From NCBI GenBank assembly GCA_965603225.1, contig CBFDCD010000001.1, forward strand, positions 1-37,029: a stretch of 37,029 bases of DNA, written 5' to 3'. Under the pieces are notes generated by a model. That model saw only the letters and a program-made list of their open reading frames with translations, ran no database searches and was not told the origin of the DNA. Of this stretch, positions 6,635 through 15,466 are shown piece after piece (within the stretch, counting starts at the first letter, position 1; each line of letters starts with the position of its first letter). This stretch comes from an uncultured bacterium (GTDB lineage: Bacteria; Desulfobacterota; DSM-4660; Desulfatiglandales; B25-G16). The translations under genes and the position numbers were made by a program.

Positions 6635-8224
6635 TTAATTATTTGATGATGCAGTTGGAAATAGAATTCTGAAGGTGCTGTTCCCATTCTCAAGGCAATT
6701 TTCAGGTGTACGGCAATATATACAGGAGTCAATATTGCCGGGGCAGATGTCTTTGTCTGTTGGGAGATAAACACACCGTTTGCTTTGCGCCGAGACCTCA
6801 AATCCATAATGCTGGCCATACAGCTTAATCATCAGAAGGTCCAGGCCCTTGCCTCCCGCGTTGAAATCATATGGTATCCTGGATGCGTAAAAATCCGTAT
6901 CCTGATTAGGGTGCAGGCCATCGAATATATGTTTTAGGTTGTATTCGGTGATGCCAACACCTGAATCCTGAATCGTTATTAAGACGTCAGTACCCTTCGG
7001 TTCCACCGCAATGCTCACCGATCCTCCGTCCGGTGTGTTTTCAACAGCGTTTTTAAGAATGCCTTCAAGAATTTCCTTGAGAATCTCCGGGTCTGTTTGA
7101 ACCAAAAGATCTTTTTCCGCCTGCATACCAAAAATGACATTCCGATGATTTGAACGGTTCCTAATCTTCCTCAACACCTGATTGAGTAACGGTGTAAGGG
7201 GAATTATCTTCAATGAAGATAATGCTTGAATTTCCTCATGGTCAAGGCCTTTGTATAATTTTCGATACGATTCTATAATGTTTTCCCCTTCTTCTTGGAT
7301 TTCAGCAAGCCTGTTAAGTTGCCTTTCCATCCTTTCCAATGCGTTGAAGAGACCACCCCAATGGTCTGATGACGAGCGTGAATCCATCTTTCGCTTGATA
7401 ATATGGATGGTCCCCCCCATGACCGCCAATGGGGTCTTCAGTTCATGGGACAGGTGATTGATGGTTCTGTCCTTGGCATGGCTCAGACGTCTTAGTTCTT
7501 CTCGAACACTTAGCTCTAAGGAGCGAAAATGCAAGACAACGGCTACTGTCAAAAACATGGAAAGCCAAAAGGAGGCGAACCATAATATCTTTTCACTGGT
7601 GAAAAAGATCACCCCGAGGGTGAGAAAACCGTCATTTAATCCACCAAGAAACCACAGAAAAAGCCCGATACCAAAAGGCACAAGGTAAGACGGCTGGCGA
7701 TTTTTAAGACGCCATAATCTTATAATTGTATCAAGGAAATAGTAGAGGCAGGCCACCATACAGAAGAGGTGTATTATTGGTCTAAGTAGTTTGGATTGAG
7801 GCCGTAAAATGTCTGCGTAGACCGGATGAGCCTCTAAAGGAAGTCCGAAGAGCCAAGGGGTTTTTCCCCAGAGTGATAATAACGCCAAAGCCAGGCTCGT
7901 ACCAATAACAATCCATGATAGCTTATCGGCCTTTGAATTTGAAAGGGAAAGGGTAAATAAGGCCCAGCTGGCCGGTAACAATGCTAATGAGGCCTGACAG
8001 ATTTTATATCCAGTGAGGATGGATCCCGGAGATTGTTGAAGGGCATAAATAACCCATCCCAGGAAAAAGAAGGTCAAAAAAAGATAGAAGAAAAAAAGCC
8101 ATTTTAATGGGTAATAGCGGCGATAAAGCGCTAAGCTGACGGCGCACAACATTGACATGCTCACATTGGTGGCTAATCCGAAAAATGGACCGATGGCAAA
8201 GTGTGGAATAGATTCAGGTATCAT
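6635..8224 (-). CDS. sensor histidine kinase with multi-pass (7TM-type) N-terminal membrane domain and Cys-rich C-terminal insert
   Basis: 529-aa ORF. It has about seven hydrophobic segments, the H-box HLSHELKTPLAV, the N-box ILKNAVENT, the G-boxes DSGVGI and GGKGLDLL, and the motif C-X9-C-X6-C-X2-C-X5-C close to the C-terminus. Confidence 0.85.
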   Translation of the reverse strand: MIPESIPHFAIGPFFGLATNVSMSMLCAVSLALYRRYYPLKWLFFFYLFLTFFFLGWVIYALQQSPGSILTGYKICQASLALLPASWALFTLSLSNSKADKLSWIVIGTSLALALLSLWGKTPWLFGLPLEAHPVYADILRPQSKLLRPIIHLFCMVACLYYFLDTIIRLWRLKNRQPSYLVPFGIGLFLWFLGGLNDGFLTLGVIFFTSEKILWFASFWLSMFLTVAVVLHFRSLELSVREELRRLSHAKDRTINHLSHELKTPLAVMGGTIHIIKRKMDSRSSSDHWGGLFNALERMERQLNRLAEIQEEGENIIESYRKLYKGLDHEEIQALSSLKIIPLTPLLNQVLRKIRNRSNHRNVIFGMQAEKDLLVQTDPEILKEILEGILKNAVENTPDGGSVSIAVEPKGTDVLITIQDSGVGITEYNLKHIFDGLHPNQDTDFYASRIPYDFNAGGKGLDLLMIKLYGQHYGFEVSAQSKRCVYLPTDKDICPGNIDSCIYCRTPENCLENGNSTFRILFPTASSNN

Positions 8225-8310
8225 TTACACCCTCATCGTTTCATAATAAATTGAAGCAAACTGATAGTGACAAACACACACTCCTTTTTACTCCTTACCA
8301 AGGCGGGCTT

Positions 8311-8407
8311 CAATTGTCAATATTCAATTTGGTTCCCTATGAATCGGGATCTCTTTCTGAGGCGCAGACTCTATGAGCCGGAGGCCGGTATGCTCCAACC
8401 GGTTTGT
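8311..8407 (-). repeat. partial, inverted copy of the repeat family fused to a caattgtcaat motif
   Basis: The reverse complement reads acaaaccggttggagc...cccgattcatagggaaccaaattg. This matches the acaagccggttggagc and ccgaatcatcggggaaccaaaatt blocks of copy B, with a different GC-rich insert (gagccggaggccggtatgctc hairpin). caattgtcaat at 8311-8321 matches the flanks of the four-helix-bundle element. Confidence 0.55.
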
Positions 8408-8495
8408 ACATGTCATGGATTAAAATCAATTTGAAGGGTTTTTTCAAACTGCCTATTCTGATACCTGAAAAACATGTCTTTAAAGAATGAAATGG

Positions 8496-10070
8496 CTACC
8501 TGACCTCAAAGCTCTCCTTCCGTCCCCCATAAATCTCTCTCAATTTTGGCTTTTCTATCTTACCAGTGGGATTACGGGGAACGTCTCCAAAGATTATCTT
8601 TCTCGGCCTTTTATATCTTGGTAATTGTAGGCAAAAATCGTTTACTTCTTCCTCGGACATTGCCTTCCCAGGTTTCACTTTGATAATTGCCATTGAAATC
8701 TCACCAAGTCTTTCATCCGGTATGCCAATCACTGCAACATCCTGTATGTTATAATTGCCTGCAAGAAAATCCTCAATCTCAACGGGAAAGATATTTTCCC
8801 CCCCAGTGATTATAACGTCCTTCTTTCTATCCACCAGCCATATAAATCCATCACTATCCATTCTGGCCATATCTCCAGTCAGCAGCCATCCATTAAATAT
8901 GGTTTTGGATGTTGCCTCAGGATTATTGTAATACTCCTTCATTACGCCAGGCCCTTTTACCATTAGTTCCCCAGGTTGTCCGGAAGGAACTGGCTGTCTG
9001 TTTTCATCAACTATCCGGCATTCCCATTCAAATCCCGGTACGCCTATGGCACCAACCTTATGTGAATTCTCTATCCCAAGATGGACACATCCCGGACCGG
9101 TGGTTTCACTCAACCCGTAATTGGTATCATAATCATGGTGAGGGAATACCTTTTTCCAGTTATTTATCAAACTTGGTGGAACCGGTTGCGCGCCGATATG
9201 CATCAACCGCCATTGGCCCAATGTATAATCTTCAAGGCATACATCCCCATTTTCTATTGCCAATAAAATATCCTGGGCCCAGGGAACTAATAGCCAAACT
9301 ACGGTTACCTTTTCCTCTGATACGGCCTCTAAGATCCATTCAGGCTTTATTCCCTTAAGGATAACTGCCTTTGAACCAACGATAAAATGACCAAACCAGT
9401 GCATCTTAGCGCCTGTATGATAAAGTGGTGGAATCAGTAAAAAATTATCCCCGTGGACCTGATTGTGGTGTCTATTTTCAACTATGCAGGCTGCCTCAAG
9501 GTTTCTTTGCGTCAATAGTATTGGCTTTGGTGTGCCTGTGGTTCCAGAGGTAAAATAGAGGCCGGCCTCATCCTCAATGCCTATTTCAATGTCAGGATTT
9601 ACAGATGAGCCATCCCTTAAGATATCTTCATATTTTTCTGCATATTCCGGACAAAGATTATCCGGACCGACAAAGATGTAGTCCTTGATTGTCTTAATAT
9701 CCCCCCGTATATCATTTATCTTTTCTGTAAACTCCTCTCCAAAGATTAAAGCCTTGCCCTCTGCAATCCCTCCACATAATCTTATATCCTGGGCAGAGAA
9801 TCTGAAATTTAATGGGACTGCCCATGCCCCTGTCCTTAAAATCCCAAAATATGCAGGCAACCATTCAATGCAGTTCATCATGAGGTGAATTACCTTATCT
9901 CCCTTTTTAATACCCTTTGCAATAAGCGCATTAGCAAAAATGTTTGCCTGGTCATCGAATTCCTTCCATGTCAACTCCTTTCTCATATCATTACCTGGGT
10001 CCCGTTCAATAAGGGCAGTCTCATCTCCATGAATCCTTGCATTTCTTGATAAAATATCACATATCAGCAT
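8496..10070 (-). CDS. AMP-forming acyl-CoA synthetase / ligase
   Basis: 524-aa ORF with the adenylate-forming motifs FTSGTTGTPKP, YGLSETTG, TGDMARMD and GGENIFPVEIE. Confidence 0.9.
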   Translation of the reverse strand: MLICDILSRNARIHGDETALIERDPGNDMRKELTWKEFDDQANIFANALIAKGIKKGDKVIHLMMNCIEWLPAYFGILRTGAWAVPLNFRFSAQDIRLCGGIAEGKALIFGEEFTEKINDIRGDIKTIKDYIFVGPDNLCPEYAEKYEDILRDGSSVNPDIEIGIEDEAGLYFTSGTTGTPKPILLTQRNLEAACIVENRHHNQVHGDNFLLIPPLYHTGAKMHWFGHFIVGSKAVILKGIKPEWILEAVSEEKVTVVWLLVPWAQDILLAIENGDVCLEDYTLGQWRLMHIGAQPVPPSLINNWKKVFPHHDYDTNYGLSETTGPGCVHLGIENSHKVGAIGVPGFEWECRIVDENRQPVPSGQPGELMVKGPGVMKEYYNNPEATSKTIFNGWLLTGDMARMDSDGFIWLVDRKKDVIITGGENIFPVEIEDFLAGNYNIQDVAVIGIPDERLGEISMAIIKVKPGKAMSEEEVNDFCLQLPRYKRPRKIIFGDVPRNPTGKIEKPKLREIYGGRKESFEVR

Positions 10071-10121
10071 TGCTTTATCCCCCTAAGATAAAATTTTTCT
10101 TTTTTTGCTTTCCTTTTTTAT

Positions 10122-10202
10122 TTGACAAAAGTATCATATAAATATATACACAAAACCATAGCTATAATATAGCTATAATATAATTGCTCACAGTAAAGTC
10201 AA
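10122..10202. promoter_or_regulatory. divergent candidate promoters sharing a tandem ATAGCTATAAT operator
   Basis: Plus strand: TTGACA (10122-10127), a 17-nt spacer, TATACA (10145-10150), then atagctataat repeated twice (10158-10179). Minus strand: TTGACT (10197-10202), a 16-nt spacer, TATTAT (10175-10180), which overlaps the same repeats. Confidence 0.5.
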
Positions 10203-10334
10203 GATTCTCTTTACAAAAAAATACCTAACATAAAAAATTATCTTATTCTATATATCTGTTTAGATAAAGCATCTTTTGATGTTATTTTAATTTCTAATTT
10301 ATGTAAGATACCTCCAATAAACAAAGGTTTAGGC

Positions 10335-10376
10335 GGGTAATTATTTACCCTTAATATGGTTGCCCTGTCAGGGCAA
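10335..10376 (+). promoter_or_regulatory. two adjacent palindromes/hairpins in the leader of the ABC operon
   Basis: gggtaattatttaccc (10335-10350) has a 6-bp stem. ttgccctgtcagggcaa (10360-10376) is an 8-1-8 perfect palindrome. They lie 40-80 nt upstream of the substrate-binding protein ATG. Confidence 0.3.
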
Positions 10377-10417
10377 TCTATCCGTTAATAGTACAATTTA
10401 AAAAAAGGGGGATTGTT

Positions 10418-11617
10418 ATGCGAAAGGTATTTATTTTAGCACTAATTGCAGGTTTTTTGTGTTTTGGCCTTGCTACTTATGGGTGGGCAAAGCCGATAAA
10501 GGTAGGGGCTATAATAAACCTTACAGGGCCTGCCTCTACATGGGGGCAGTTCCATGCCAAGGGTCATAAAGATTACTTCAGGTATGTGAATGAGGTAAAG
10601 GGAGGCATTGGTGGCAACAAGATAGAGCTAACCGTTGTTGACCATGCCTACAAGGTTCCTGAGGCAGTTAAATATGTAAAGAAGTTTTGCACATCCGACA
10701 AGATGGATATGCTGGCCACATGGGACGCAGGCTCAGGCATAATGGCAAAACCAATCATTCAGAAATACAAGACACCTAATATTAATTATTCCACCTACCA
10801 GGGGATCCTCAAGGCCCCGGTTGACTATGCATACCTGCCCTTCGGCAGTTACGTTATGGATTCATATGCCGTATTAGAGTACATAAGGACTATACATAAA
10901 GGCCAGGATGCCCCAAAGGTCGGCCTGCTTACCTATAATAATGCATACGGAAAGTCCATTCATGCGCCATCAAAGGAATATGCCGAGAAAAATGGGATTA
11001 ATATCGTAAGCATTGAACAATTTCCACCTAAGACCCTTAATCTCAACACCGAATGTCTCCGCCTTCAAAAGGCCGGCGCCGAGTACGTTTTCATGCAGTG
11101 CCTTCCATCTGCCATCCTTATGGCCCTTGAATCAGCAGACAGGGTGAAATATGACGTACCCTTTTTTGGAACATGGACATCTACTGACCCCAACTTTTTT
11201 ACACGGGGCAAGGGGCTTATCAGGGATCGAATGCATATGCAATTTCCTGGCGGGCTTCCTGTTGACGGCACACCCGGAATGAAGGTTATGGAGGAATTAT
11301 GGAAGCGCTATAAGACAGTAACCAAATTTGACGCCTCATACTGGGAAGGTGTGGCCATAGCAATGATTATGGAGAAGGCATTCCAGACAGCCCACGATAA
11401 ATTCGGAAAGGTTAACAGTGAAACCATAAACCAGGCCTTAGAAACATTCAACAATGTGGATTTTGGCGGGGTTATACCCAATGTTACATATACAAAGACG
11501 GATCATAGTGGCTCATTTACCGCAAGGATTGTCAAGATTAACGAAGATCAAACCTACACACCGCTCACTAACTTTTTTATCCCTGGAAAAGAGCGGGTAA
11601 AACTTTTGAAAAGGTAA
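10418..11617 (+). CDS. ABC transporter substrate-binding protein, LivK/Peripla_BP_6 type, with signal peptide
   Basis: 399-aa ORF. It has the N-terminal signal sequence MRKVFILALIAGFLCFGLATYGWA, strong RBS AAGGGGGA, and its position at the head of a Liv-type operon. Confidence 0.85.
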   Translation: MRKVFILALIAGFLCFGLATYGWAKPIKVGAIINLTGPASTWGQFHAKGHKDYFRYVNEVKGGIGGNKIELTVVDHAYKVPEAVKYVKKFCTSDKMDMLATWDAGSGIMAKPIIQKYKTPNINYSTYQGILKAPVDYAYLPFGSYVMDSYAVLEYIRTIHKGQDAPKVGLLTYNNAYGKSIHAPSKEYAEKNGINIVSIEQFPPKTLNLNTECLRLQKAGAEYVFMQCLPSAILMALESADRVKYDVPFFGTWTSTDPNFFTRGKGLIRDRMHMQFPGGLPVDGTPGMKVMEELWKRYKTVTKFDASYWEGVAIAMIMEKAFQTAHDKFGKVNSETINQALETFNNVDFGGVIPNVTYTKTDHSGSFTARIVKINEDQTYTPLTNFFIPGKERVKLLKR

Positions 11618-11620
11618 TAA

Positions 11621-12448
11621 ATGAAGGCTTTTAGAGGTCAACCAAGTATCTTCACCTCCAGACAGCCCGAAGATAAAAGGGCGGAGCTGGAGGTGAAGAA
11701 TCTATCATTACAATTCGGCGGCGTTACAGCCATTGATAATGTGGACATATCCGTGCACACGGGGGAGATATTGGCGGTAATCGGCCCAAACGGGGCCGGA
11801 AAAACCAGCTTGCTGAACAGTATTACCGGGTATTACAAACCGCAAAAGGGCAGCATTATCTTCAACGGGCAGGAAATTACCCATATGTCTACCCACCACC
11901 TTACCAGGCTGGGCATCGGAAGAACGTTTCAGAACATTGAACTTTTCCCGGGCATAAGCGTTCTTAAGAATATGCTTTTAGCGAGACATATTCATACAAG
12001 CTATGGTGTAGGTTTAGCATCCTTTTTCTCTCCATCGGTAAAGAAAGAAGAGGTAAGCCACCGCAAGGTCTTGGAGGAACTGATAGATTTCCTTGAAATG
12101 CAGGCAATCAGAAAACAGTTAGTAGGTTCTCTGCCCTATGGACTGCGTAAGAGGGTAGAGTTAGGGAGGGCATTGGCCTTAGAGCCTAAATTGCTGATAC
12201 TTGATGAACCATTTGCAGGCATGACCTTAGAGGAAAAGGAAGATATGGTGAGGTTCCTCATGGAGTTAAATGAGGGGTGGGGACAGACCATGATACTTGT
12301 TGAGCACGATATGTCGGTTGTTATGAGTATATCTCAAAATGTTGTGGTGTTGGATTTTGGAAGGAAGATAACGGAAGGTCCACCGGAGATTGTTCAGGAT
12401 CATCCCCAGGTAATTAAGGCCTATCTTGGTGATGCAGTTAAAATTTAA
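11621..12448 (+). CDS. ABC transporter ATP-binding protein (LivG-like)
   Basis: Walker A GPNGAGKTS, signature-like LPYGLRKR, and Walker B LILDEPFAGM. Confidence 0.9.
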   Translation: MKAFRGQPSIFTSRQPEDKRAELEVKNLSLQFGGVTAIDNVDISVHTGEILAVIGPNGAGKTSLLNSITGYYKPQKGSIIFNGQEITHMSTHHLTRLGIGRTFQNIELFPGISVLKNMLLARHIHTSYGVGLASFFSPSVKKEEVSHRKVLEELIDFLEMQAIRKQLVGSLPYGLRKRVELGRALALEPKLLILDEPFAGMTLEEKEDMVRFLMELNEGWGQTMILVEHDMSVVMSISQNVVVLDFGRKITEGPPEIVQDHPQVIKAYLGDAVKI

Positions 12449-12498
12449 GATTTGCAATCTAGAATTATAAGTTGAAGACCACTAACAGCTAATTGTAA

Positions 12499-14454
12499 TT
12501 GAACAAGGTGCTTAGATTGAAAAAAATAAATCGCTTAGACAAACAAACATTATCTGACCTCACAAAATATACATTACCACAGGTATTGGCAAAACAGGCC
12601 CAAGAATTAGGAACAAAAGAAACCGCTGTCCGGGAAAAAAGCTTTGGCATATGGCAGGCCTATAACTGGAATGACTACCTTCAGTATACTAAAAAGGCAG
12701 CCTTAGGGTTGGCAACCCTTGGTTTAAAGAGGGGTGAAAATATAGGTATAATAACCAATAATCACCCTGAATGGCTTTTTACCGAATTAGGAGCTCAGGC
12801 CCTTGGCGCAGTAACCTTGAACCTGTTTTCATCTGCAATCGCAAAAGAGCTTTCCTTTGGCTTGGGTAGATTGCAGACGGCCTTTGTTATTGCCGAGGAT
12901 CAGGAACAGGTTGATAAGCTTATCGAGGTTAAAGAGGACCTATCATTTGTTCGTAAGGTAATTTATATTGACCAGACCGGCATGAGGAACTATGCCGAAA
13001 ATGAGTGGCTTATCAGCTTTGAGAAACTGTTAGAGCTTGGGGCGGATTTGGATAGAAAATCACCAAATTTCTTTTCAGATGAGTTAAGCAAGGGGAAACC
13101 GGATGAGACAGCGCTGATGATTATGACCTCCGGTACTACGGGGCTCCCAAAAGTTGCCATGATCAAACATGAGAATTTTACTGAAATGGCGAGAAAATGG
13201 CTTGAGGCGGCCCCTATCGGTGTCGGAGATAACTGGATTTCCATTACCCCTCCGGCCTGGATTGTCGACCAGATGTGGGGTGTGGGGATAACACTATGCG
13301 GCGGCATGGTCATGAATTTTCCGGAGACGCTTGAAACAGCAGTAGAAGATTTTAGGGAAATTGGACCAACTGTCATCATTACTGCCTCCAGGTTTTGGGA
13401 AGACCTTGCCTCAAAGATCAGGGTCAAGATAAGTGATTCGGGTTTCACTAAGCGTTTTTTTTATAATGTCTCCATGAAAATAGGGGGGGCGGTTGTTGAC
13501 AGAAAGTCTCAGAAACAGGAAGTTCCCTCATATTTACGATTCCTTTACTGGGCTGCGTCACGTATTATGTTTCGCCCCCTAATGGACAGGGTCGGCTGTT
13601 TGCAATTTAGGGGTGCATACACAGGAGGGCACCCTATAAGTCCTGACGTGATAAGGTTTTTCAGGGCCAATGGACTAAACCTAAAACAATGCTATGGACT
13701 TACTGAGTCAGGTGGAATATTTCAGGTACAACCTGACAATGAGGTAAAGTTGGAGACTGTCGGCATTCCATTACCCAGAACAGAGGTGAAGATAGGAGAA
13801 GATCAGGAAGTTCTTGTAAAGAGCAAATCAAATTTTGCAGGCTACTATCAAGACCCGGAGGAGACGTCCAAGACTATAAGCAATGGATGGCTCCATACAG
13901 GAGATGCTGGATATATAGACGAGGACGGACATCTTCTCATTATCGGCAGAAAAGAAGAGATAATGAGAACAAGGGATGGTGAGGCCTTTTCCCCTGATTT
14001 TATCGAGACACGGCTAAAATTCAGTCCCTACATCAAGGAGGCGGTAATCTTCGGTGAGGGTCAACCGTATATAACTTCCTTTATGAATATTGACTTAGGA
14101 AATGTAGGGAGTTGGGCGGAGGAAAGGAAGATACCATATACAACGTATACTGACCTAACCCAGCAATCCGAGGTGGAAGACCTTATCAGGAAAGAAATTA
14201 AAGAGGTTAATACTCAGTTGCCGGAGCCTATGCAACTTGTTTATTTTATTTTACTGTATAAATTACTCGATGCCGATGATGAGGAATTGACCAGGACGGG
14301 CAAGGTAAGGAGAAAATTTGTTTTTCAGCAATACAAAGACCTTATAGATGCCATGTACTCGGATAAAAAGGAATTAGAGGTAACAGGTAAGGTTAAGTAT
14401 AGAGATGGGACAATTGGTACGATTGAAACTACCGTCAAAATACTTAAGGTCTAA
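12499..14454 (+). CDS. long-chain-type AMP-binding acyl-CoA ligase embedded in the ABC operon
   Basis: 651-aa ORF with the motifs MTSGTTGLPKVAM, YGLTESGG, TGDAGYIDEDG and GRKEE. The start is uncertain because only TTG/GTG candidates exist at 12499-12517. Confidence 0.85.
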   Translation: MNKVLRLKKINRLDKQTLSDLTKYTLPQVLAKQAQELGTKETAVREKSFGIWQAYNWNDYLQYTKKAALGLATLGLKRGENIGIITNNHPEWLFTELGAQALGAVTLNLFSSAIAKELSFGLGRLQTAFVIAEDQEQVDKLIEVKEDLSFVRKVIYIDQTGMRNYAENEWLISFEKLLELGADLDRKSPNFFSDELSKGKPDETALMIMTSGTTGLPKVAMIKHENFTEMARKWLEAAPIGVGDNWISITPPAWIVDQMWGVGITLCGGMVMNFPETLETAVEDFREIGPTVIITASRFWEDLASKIRVKISDSGFTKRFFYNVSMKIGGAVVDRKSQKQEVPSYLRFLYWAASRIMFRPLMDRVGCLQFRGAYTGGHPISPDVIRFFRANGLNLKQCYGLTESGGIFQVQPDNEVKLETVGIPLPRTEVKIGEDQEVLVKSKSNFAGYYQDPEETSKTISNGWLHTGDAGYIDEDGHLLIIGRKEEIMRTRDGEAFSPDFIETRLKFSPYIKEAVIFGEGQPYITSFMNIDLGNVGSWAEERKIPYTTYTDLTQQSEVEDLIRKEIKEVNTQLPEPMQLVYFILLYKLLDADDEELTRTGKVRRKFVFQQYKDLIDAMYSDKKELEVTGKVKYRDGTIGTIETTVKILKV

Positions 14455-14460
14455 TGAATA

Positions 14461-14557
14461 TCGTTATTAGTTATTAGCTATTAGTTAACTATTAAGCCCA
14501 ATACAAAGGCGATGAGAAATTTTTCAAAGAAAAATAAAACCAATAAACTAATAACGA
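14461..14557. repeat. ORF-less low-complexity inverted repeat (IVS-like hairpin) between the ligase and the first permease gene
   Basis: tcgttattagtt (14461-14472) is the exact reverse complement of aactaataacga (14546-14557). The pairing extends inward with one bulge and one mismatch. The arms are built of ttattag/ctaataa-type repeats, and the loop is ~70 nt. Confidence 0.6.
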
Positions 14558-14587
14558 ATAACCAATAACAAGAGTGGGAGCTTTTTT

Positions 14588-15466
14588 ATGGAATTCTTTT
14601 TTCAAATACTTATAAACGGCTTATCCATAGGTTTTCTTTATGCACTTGCAGCGCTTGGCTTTGTCATGATCTTCAAGTCAAGCAGTGTGCTGAACTTTGC
14701 GCACGGTGAATTAATGGCTATAGGCGCATTCCTGTTCCTTGTGCTTACAACCTGGGCAAAACTGCCTGTTTGGCTGGCATTTATATTGACCCTCGCAGGT
14801 TCCTTCTCCCTTGGATTTATAATTGAACGATTTTTTTTGCGACCACTTATTGGTGAGGCCCTTATTGAGGTAATTATGCTGACGGTTGGTCTTGCCATTA
14901 TGTTAAAGGGCTTGATGTTATTTATATTCGGCGGTGACATACACAGTTATCCGGATTTTTTGCCGGAGTCCCTTACATTTCAATGGGGAGCAATCGAAAT
15001 CCCAGGGGTTTATGTTGCTACCTTTATAATAGGAATAATTTTTCTTGGACTCTTTGGCTTTTTCTTCAAATATTCATCTCAGGGGATATACATGAGGTCA
15101 GTTGCGGATAACCAGCCTGCTGCCATGGCCTTAGGCGTGCATGTTAGAAGAGTGTTTGCTTTATCCTGGGCTATTGCTGCCCTGGTATGTGCTATGAGTG
15201 GAATTGTCCTTGGCATTATTAATGGAATTAATGTTCATGAGGTAAGCGCTATAGGTCTTAAGGTGTTCCCTGTAGTAATCCTTGGAGGACTTGACAGCAT
15301 TGGCGGGGCTATCCTTGGAGGTCTCATCATAGGGCTTCTTGAAACATTTACCGGCGGATATATTTCTACTGGATTGAGAGAGGTTATTCCTTACATTGCC
15401 CTGATTATCATACTGTTGATCAAACCCTATGGTCTTTTCGGTCTGGTAGAGATTGAAAGGGTGTAA
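14588..15466 (+). CDS. branched-chain-type ABC transporter permease (LivH-like)
   Basis: 292-aa polytopic membrane protein. The start MEFFFQILINGLSIGFLYALAALGF is typical of LivH-family permeases. A GGGAG RBS is present. Confidence 0.9.
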   Translation: MEFFFQILINGLSIGFLYALAALGFVMIFKSSSVLNFAHGELMAIGAFLFLVLTTWAKLPVWLAFILTLAGSFSLGFIIERFFLRPLIGEALIEVIMLTVGLAIMLKGLMLFIFGGDIHSYPDFLPESLTFQWGAIEIPGVYVATFIIGIIFLGLFGFFFKYSSQGIYMRSVADNQPAAMALGVHVRRVFALSWAIAALVCAMSGIVLGIINGINVHEVSAIGLKVFPVVILGGLDSIGGAILGGLIIGLLETFTGGYISTGLREVIPYIALIIILLIKPYGLFGLVEIERV

